A DNA stretch of 56,306 bases, counting the filler, from Trypethelium eluteriae (Eukaryota): the NCBI GenBank assembly GCA_051942245.1. It is 4 parts of 4 records of this genome, joined end to end, with 100 filler letters (N's around TTAATTAATTAA, not from the genome) between each part and the next. Parts side by side here need not be neighbours in the genome. Positions count along the whole stretch, not along the records: positions 42,359 to 56,306 come from JAVECL010000711.1; 3 more parts are not named here. The stretch is one strand, 5' to 3'. Of this stretch, positions 50,701 to 56,306 are shown piece after piece (position 1 is the stretch's first letter; each line of letters begins with the position of its first letter). The notes under the pieces were generated by a model that did not search any database, was not told the origin of the DNA, and saw only the letters and a list, made by a program, of their open reading frames with translations. Position numbers and translations under genes: made by a program.

Positions 50701-51498
50701 CTCGTGTGCGTCCTGTCGACCGACCAGAGCGTCGTGCAGGCGAACGCGGCGGCCGGGCGGCCGCTTACAGAAGCCGCGCCGCCGCAGGGTGGTGGTGGCC
50801 GTAGTGGGCGTCAGGGCCATCATGCGCAGCAGCAGCAGCAACAGCAGCCGCGTATTGATCATGAGGCGTCTGGGTTCGGGCTGGTGACGCATCGGGCGTT
50901 GGGCATGTTGAGACGGTTGGCGGAGATGGCGGGGGTGGATGAGGAGGTTGGGTTTAGGTGGGATGAGGTGTTTGAGGAGGATGAGGAAGAGGAGGAGGAG
51001 GAGGTTGAGGGAGAAGGGAAGGAGAGGGAGGATGGGGAGGAAAAGGCGACTGCTGATGCTGCTGCGACTGCATCTGAAACTTCGACAAATGGGGTCGTCG
51101 TCGGTGTCGGTGTCGAAGATGATGCGGAGAAGCAGCAAGCTGAAAGTCAAAATGCGGTCGTGCGGAGTATTGAGGCTCCTGCTGCTACTACTGACGCCTC
51201 CCCATCGTCTAAGGCTCCTGACATCCCTGTCACCAACGGCAACACTTCTGCTTCCATTGTCCCTCCTCAACCAGCCAATGGCGACGCCTCCCACCACCCT
51301 TCACCTTCCAAACATCCTCGACGCAAGTCCCGAACCTTCTCACGCACCGCTGCCATTGCTACGGCTGTTGGCGGTCTCGGCGCGAGCAAAGCGGACGTCC
51401 TCCCCAAGCGAGAAATGCTCCTTGGCGCACTGCTAACACCCGACATCGATGCCGTGGCGCTGAGGGGGTTGTGCTCGCTTGCCAGTCTGGAGCGATGA
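47755..51498 (+). CDS. SWI1: SWI/SNF subunit Swi1/Sol1 (ARID domain), 1247 aa
   Basis: Q/P/N-rich N-terminus; ARID (PMVQGRPVNVTGLFGTVIKLGG..NQW..LGF..YWQRNLAPYE); BAF250-like C-terminal region (DIRALIMSLQCGIHAEVRLALD, STILRNLSF, LAKLLARDDPNR). A probable 5'-UTR intron ends at 47730. Confidence 0.88.
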   Translation: MNAWPQDSNGIYPNAPDPNPNFDPSMSSMFTPTGFDGNPYQNAQRMQNGNGRGPSPAFPNSGYQVNPVIPSKRPHPGGDNMGGSPAPGHPNPNISRSQTPQQMPYQNFGGQPGGQNFQTPNPYQHLQQTASSNATPSPTMPNQQFRPPAVPQRMPTASPHQFPTSQQNFGGQMSPPPTDQNSRMGTPQNSHGQNMMGNMGMGQGYNPMGMSPANMMGMPAQSVALTDNLQQRQAEMQRQYQMRLQSMQHGGQQFGGQQRQQNGGPNPMAGAQGGPPSQGMPGGSRAGFPQQNAPVNDQVLRSITSYMQTQGLPFNPHPMVQGRPVNVTGLFGTVIKLGGSQRITMANQWPMLVQTLGFLPQQFPTAVQEIQAYWQRNLAPYEKYYITQKKRQAQAQQMGMMSNGVPQMSPTKMMQPGAQEQAQQYMQSQMQQQRNQAGPPTPRNASGDMNAANGSATPQPGMQPNRQQNVLQHQRMSSAAPSDTGTSTEQHQPVPPTPTKASKVRGGPPTPPGDKQITTRLKYKSESSTYLPKHRTLDSGMYGAYDLEHLISLGTKLAYAMPNIPTVEEMGWIDIRALIMSLQCGIHAEVRLALDHLVMLSHEQRLPTGGLELERCEDLVDALVDCAEEQIDYLAEDATEVSDAVDLSSYEDLVRGCLTENSTLQDVPEFGTDEFELDRASDRLIAVSTILRNLSFNPANHKYLCYNPLIKFISNTIRLLGTRHLILRSSTNTQDFMKDIVTFFSNTAQEISLPSQSDAHHILRFLLAFAPCPPPVITTSPSGIASVRFAPYQPTAHRYLPHAVDTLAKLLARDDPNRAHFKALFAAEAANPTPSSLISTNGTSDFSLTHPYDLLTRTFALAIAPLPERARGLSSQAELRIADARKPYLTQGMLAADILACLIPPTSASTQPDSSIILNGGSANHNNHNHNHSGSGNGNGNGIANTHHASTTTATTPVLASPSSLARAWLESEDGWAPSLLRLVCVLSTDQSVVQANAAAGRPLTEAAPPQGGGGRSGRQGHHAQQQQQQQPRIDHEASGFGLVTHRALGMLRRLAEMAGVDEEVGFRWDEVFEEDEEEEEEEVEGEGKEREDGEEKATADAAATASETSTNGVVVGVGVEDDAEKQQAESQNAVVRSIEAPAATTDASPSSKAPDIPVTNGNTSASIVPPQPANGDASHHPSPSKHPRRKSRTFSRTAAIATAVGGLGASKADVLPKREMLLGALLTPDIDAVALRGLCSLASLER

Positions 51499-52982
51499 GG
51501 ATGCTCGTCTTCATGGGCTAAATAATGAAGTTTGTGTACATATACTGTAAGAAAGAAATGGTGGCAAATCTCACGGCAGTAAAGGCTGGGATATGGTGGA
51601 AGATGTACCAGGCTTCGGAATGCCGGGCGAGCTAGCGAGCACGGCGTTGGAGGGGGGTTTGGGGCGGGAAGCCTTCTGGTCTCTGGGAACTGGTCGCTGG
51701 AAAATAAGGGATGGATCGACTTGCGAGATTTCTGTGATAGATGATGAGCTTGGACAGCAAATGAGGCTCGGCACGGAGGGAGGAAATGGGCTCAGAGGCC
51801 AGGTGATTGGGAGTGCTTGAGGCTCGGGCACACGAACTCCCTATCTCTCTTCTTCCCTTTACTTTTCGATATACAATCTTCTCTTTCCTTTCTCTATGAA
51901 GGCGAGGTTCCTTGCAGCTTCTGTGTACTGTACATCGATGAGGCAATCTGGAAATGTGAAATTCATGATTGAGATGTCGATACACCGGTAGAGTTTTCAT
52001 GCAATGCTGGGCATATGTTACAATCTGTTAATAGAACACATTTTTGGCAGAGAGGAAGCATTGGTGCTTTGCGTCGTCCATATCCACAATTTGAAGAATC
52101 GTCGGATCGGTAACATTTACTAAGAAATCCTCACGACTCTCGTGAATCGGGCCATTATCTGTGCCACTGCTTTGCTTCGCGGACAAGTATGCAGGCTAGA
52201 AAGATCGCATTGGAAACTCTGACAACACCACGACAGATGATTTATTATCGTTTTATCAGTTATGCCCAGGCACGTAGTATGGCATGCTTGGCCGTTGAAA
52301 GATCTATACAGTGTACTTTGTCCGAGAAAAAGATATTTCATGACGTCTGACGCCCTTCAGGTCACCTTGTAAGCATGAACGAAGTGTGTGAGCAAAGCTT
52401 GCGCTATCGTATCTATGTTGCGCGATCGTATGTACGTTGCGCGACGAGGAGCCTACTGTTGATGTTTGTGGCTTATTTAAGGCTCAGCTGGCGAACCAAG
52501 CGAGACTAACAGCAGTATTTCTGTGGAGGGCGTCTCATCACGACTCCGTTTCGGTCGGTACAAAGCTTGAACATGATATACCATGGTGAGATCGAAATGG
52601 CGTACTTTTGCAGATCAATCAAGAACACAAAAACTGGGATACTAAGGATAAAAGCCTTCCACTAAAACTCAAGACAGATTAGGAAGACCCTTAGCTATCT
52701 GAAAGGAGTCGAGATAACCTCAGCACAGGTGCTGATTTGGTTTTAAGAGCCCCTTGTTTGTATGGTGAGAGAACGTAACACAGCATGAGAAACAATTGGC
52801 CGTTAAGCGCCCCTGAATTATTGTTCATAACCAACAGTGTCGAGCGTGTATTTCGAATCTTCATAAACGTCCAAAGGGATGTTGATCTCAACCACTCATA
52901 GCATCATGAAGATAATTGAGTCTCCAAATTGGCCAATACTTCCGCCGAAAGACATTTCAGCGGCCGCTGCAATCAGACTTGA

Positions 52983-54158
52983 CTACTGCTCATCGCGATT
53001 CCCAGACGAGCAAGATGTACAATCCTGATATCTTGCACGCCGTGGATCATTGACACACCACAATATGTCGCCTTCTGTGACAGGTTCGAACAGCTTTCTG
53101 AGCGCGAATCGTGTTGCCTCATACGAAATTCGATGAGAAATCCGAAGATGTCTTTCAAGGTCTTCTTTTGTAAAGCGCGAGCTTCGCCCGTGTTTGCAAG
53201 AACCTATCGCGCATTCATAGGCGTCATGGGAATCTCGTATGTGGGACTCCCTCTGAGTCGCAAAGAGTGTTGCCATGCAATGGGTAAGAGAACAACTGAA
53301 CAACTCGTGCTTTTCTCTTGCATGCTGCATCAACTTATCTCTACGAGGGAATTCTTCCTGGCAGTCGGGGCAAGGATATGCACGATCATTATTGTGGACA
53401 GTCGCCTTGTGCCTTGTGAGATCACACGGCTTTCCGAACGGTTTCTTATACGAACAGCGAGGGTGTGCACAGACCAAGGGCTCAACATGAATAATTTTTA
53501 TGTGAGTCTTCAGCGACGACCGAGAACGAAAGATTGCCTTCGAGGTGCAGTCCCGGAAGGGACACTTGCGGGAGCCAGTCTGCACGTGATGAAGGGAAGA
53601 TGAAGACAGGTCTGCACCTACGATCCGGTCCTGAGCGCCTCGTTAGCGTTGTACTAAAAAAAAAATTACATTGATTGGTCCAGTTCGCAAGAAATCCAAG
53701 TCCGTGCATTCCGCCACGCTATCACCGGGCGTCGCCAGGTCGGGCGAAGGAATGGCGCCGGTACCATCAGAGCCGTCCAGCTGAGAAGGACCAGTGACAT
53801 TTCCAGTTGTCTGGAATGGGCTCGCCATGCTTTGAAGTCTTTCAGCACCACAGACCAACTGTCCAGCTCCACTGAAGGTCTCTGCAAGGTCGGGTGAAGC
53901 AGGGAGCTGCGTTGTTGCAAGTATGTTCGTGTCAAAGTCTACTGCGGTATTGCCTCTCATTACAGATTGTTCGGCACTATCTGTATCGAGAAAAGGTTGA
54001 CCACTTTGCTGTGAAATGACTTGATCGCTCTCCAGGAGATTGTCGGACCAGGCTCCGTAGAATGAAGTTGTGGAATGATCGTCAAGAAGGCCAAGACTGC
54101 GGAGATCCTCTTGGATAAATTGCTCGTAGGGGTGGTCATACCATTGTTCAGACGACAT
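52983..54158 (-). CDS. Multi-C2H2 zinc-finger protein with acidic N-terminus; probable short intron 53631-53669
   Basis: MSSEQWYDHPYEQF acidic region, then fingers CPFRDC..H..H, CAHPRC..HKATVH, CPDC..HAREKH, CSLTHC..HIRDSH and CAIGSC..HLRISH. Confidence 0.78.
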
Positions 54159-55401
54159 GCTTGCTTGAGGATCGCTTCTGCAAAAGCTATCGCTGTTGGA
54201 ATAGAAACAGTAGCTGTACGTGCTTCTTGATGGAGAACTCAGGTGCGCAATGAAAAGTAGGTATGCAACAATGAGAGAAGAGTGATCAGACTCCAGGGCA
54301 ACTCGAAGTGCGCGCCCTCGAGAGCGCCCTTCCCGGGCTACCCTAGAGTGGGACGTGCCAGGCACTTATACATGCTGTATCCATGTAACTGGTCAGTACC
54401 TTATGTACCTACGGCATCTACTCTAATTGGGCTTATATCCAGCACGTTGATTGTCCATTTAGGAGATCCGCTTGGCTTAATGACGTAGAAACCCTTTGCG
54501 TGACGGAGTTCAGCGATCTTTGAAGGCGCTAGCGTAACAATACGTTCGTCCAACTGGTCGTTGAATCTTTACGACCGTAAAGTAGGCCGCTTTGGCTGCC
54601 GCAAAGTCGATCAAGTACCGTGGGATTACCTTAGGTGACTTGTGCGGAGATTACTCCTTTCCTTCCTTCCCTATCCTTCTATCTCCTCTTTCTAACCACA
54701 TTTTCTGATAAAAATGCACTAATGGCGGACAGATAATCTTGAGACCTTGATGGATAAGGTCAAACTTAAGAAAAATATTAAGCAGCTAGGTGTGGCAGAG
54801 AATGAGACGGGACAGTGAGTAGTAGGAAAGAAAAGGAGTCAACTCAAATTCTCATTGTTCGCCCTTTCCATCCTATTCAAGTACGTAATTTGTACTTTCA
54901 TGAAGCCCAACCAACCTAGACAGCAGCACTGACCATTGTGCACCGATCATCTCTGGGTGTAGCGGGCGTACTCTATCGAGCGCATCGGGCGTCTTCGTGC
55001 ATGAAGCCCCGCCAAACTTTGCTATAGAGTAGAGTATCGCGCAGAACATTCAAGAAAAAAGTACCCTTATACAAAATCCCTTTCTGCTTTTGGACGTGAG
55101 TTACATAGGGATATAACTTGAGTGCTGAGTCAGTAGCTAATAAATACTCTAGTAGGAATGCGTGCTAAAAGTCTGCTACACATAGAATGATTGTAGTATA
55201 TTAACAGATACGTGTATTTACTTAGAAGTGGGGTGGCAATATAGCTTTGTATAAGCTTTTCTTCCATGGGAGTGACTTGCCATTCTCCATCTATTCCCTA
55301 ACAGTCTAGAATGTGGAAATCGTTAGCGATCAAGAGTTCTTGGGTGTGGAACCATCGCGGGGTAAGGCCGTGCACAAAATGAGGAGAGCTCCTGCCGTAT
55401 C

Positions 55402-55592
55402 TAGAGGTGTTCCGCACCACCTGCACGGGCGCACCACCTGCACACCCAAACCACGCGAATAACTCCACGGATTCTGAAGCTTTTCGCGCAGCGATTGCTG
55501 CAGCAGATGCGCAGAAGAACACTAATTACTCTCAACTAGCTAGGGAGCTCGGAATCTGCAGATCGACGTTGTCGCGTCGCCATAGAGGCGTC
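55402..55592 (+). mobile_element. Left end of a pogo/Fot1-like (Tc1/mariner superfamily) DNA transposon, truncated
   Basis: TA followed by a terminal segment containing a 14-nt direct repeat CGCACCACCTGCAC (55413-55426 and 55430-55443), then an HTH_psq-like peptide AAIAAADAQKNTNYSQLARELGICRSTLSRRHRGV. The expected start codon reads ACG at 55467. Confidence 0.65.
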
Positions 55593-55593
55593 G

Positions 55594-55773
55594 GTGGTCA
55601 TCAGCAAGGATGCGGCGCTCGCCTCCGATCCGCAGTCGGACGTGACGACGCTGCTCGTTCAGCGTCTCGACGCGTCCTTCCCGTCGCCGAGCATCGTGCT
55701 CCCGCAGCAGGGCGCGGCGCCGGCGGGCGGCCGTCCCGCCGCCACGGGCCGCCCCACGCCGCAGGGCCGGTGA
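55594..55773 (+). CDS. skp: 3' end of a bacterial OmpH/Skp periplasmic chaperone (Sphingomonad-like)
   Basis: [63 protein letters not shown]; very high GC at third codon positions; directly upstream of fabZ as in the bamA-skp-fabZ gene order. Confidence 0.7.
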   Translation: MVISKDAALASDPQSDVTTLLVQRLDASFPSPSIVLPQQGAAPAGGRPAATGRPTPQGR

Positions 55774-55783
55774 GCGGGGGCCG

Positions 55784-56281
55784 ATGAGCGAGGGAACCGC
55801 CGGGGCGACGACCGCGACCGGTCCTCTCGACATCACCCGGGTGCTGGCCGCGCTGCCGCACCGCTACCCGATGCTGCTGGTCGACCGGGTGGAGGAGATC
55901 GTCCCCCACCGGTCGATCCGCGCGACGAAGGCGGTGACGATCAACGAGCCCTTCTTCCAGGGCCACTTTCCCGGCCGTCCGATCATGCCGGGCGTGCTGA
56001 TCGTCGAGGCGCTGGCGCAGGCCGCCGGCGTGCTCGCGGTCGAAAGCCTGGGCCTCGCGGGCTCGGGCAAGCTGGTCTATTTCATGTCGATCGACGGCGT
56101 GAAGTTCAGGAAACCGGTGGAGCCGGGGTGCCTGTTGCGGCTGGAGGTCTCGTTCCTCCAGAAGCGCGCGCGGGTGTGCAAGTTCGCGGGCCGCGCGATG
56201 CTGAATGGCGAGGTCGCGACCGAATGCGAGTTCACCGCCATGATCGCCGACCCGCCGGCGGCGCCGGCGCCACGCGCGTAA
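55784..56281 (+). CDS. fabZ: Bacterial 3-hydroxyacyl-ACP dehydratase FabZ
   Basis: [44 protein letters not shown] and FRKPVEPG; no introns; G-rich RBS-like stretch; starts 10 nt after the skp stop. Confidence 0.97.
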   Translation: MSEGTAGATTATGPLDITRVLAALPHRYPMLLVDRVEEIVPHRSIRATKAVTINEPFFQGHFPGRPIMPGVLIVEALAQAAGVLAVESLGLAGSGKLVYFMSIDGVKFRKPVEPGCLLRLEVSFLQKRARVCKFAGRAMLNGEVATECEFTAMIADPPAAPAPRA

Positions 56282-56306
56282 CCACGTTACGCGCGAGAGC
56301 GCCCAG

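Noticed and set aside
50284..51297. 337-aa antisense ORF in SWI1, and similar shadow ORFs in the laccase, msb1, PBP1 and fabZ genes
   Set aside because: Expected by-products of GC-rich, codon-biased coding sequence; no independent motifs.
55407..55787. 126-aa ORF as a novel HTH fusion protein
   Set aside because: It is a read-through from the transposase N-terminus into an off-frame reading of the bacterial skp sequence.
1..56306. tRNA, rRNA, snoRNA genes or CRISPR arrays
   Set aside because: None recognisable by eye; a covariance-model search (tRNAscan-SE, Infernal/Rfam) would be needed to exclude small RNAs.

Overview
Filamentous ascomycete (Pezizomycotina, possibly Dothideomycete-like) genomic DNA with short GT-AG introns and CTAAC/CTGAC branch sites. 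The window is not continuous: it is four contigs joined by artificial 100-nt spacers (44 N + TTAATTAATTAA + 44 N) at 14049-14148, 28194-28293 and 42259-42358, so gene order across those points has no biological meaning. Contig 1 holds PBP1/ataxin-2, a secreted Thr-rich protein, an intronless laccase and the 3' end of RIB3. Contig 2 holds a partial hypothetical gene, a PTH11-like rhodopsin-domain protein, a Ser/Thr-rich single-pass membrane protein, a Ulp1-like protein apparently lacking the catalytic Cys, a GT90 glycosyltransferase and a partial 3-beta-HSD/epimerase. Contig 3 holds an Msb1/Mug8-like gene, a DUF3140 gene, a probable pseudogene, the MEF2-type MADS-box gene rlmA (with Rlm1-type boxes in its own promoter) and the 5' end of a peflin-like gene. 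Contig 4 holds the 3' end of a RasGEF, histone H1, SWI1, a C2H2 zinc-finger gene and the left end of a pogo/Fot1-like transposon. That transposon end is fused with no gap to GC-rich alphaproteobacterial (Sphingomonad-like) skp/ompH-fabZ DNA. The most unusual signals are this fungal-bacterial junction (most likely a chimeric assembly, although transfer cannot be excluded from sequence alone), the Ulp1-like pseudo-protease, and recurrent C-rich-to-G-rich skew flips inside genes and near contig ends. I cannot support a wholly new multi-gene system. All family calls come from motif recognition by eye, not database searches.
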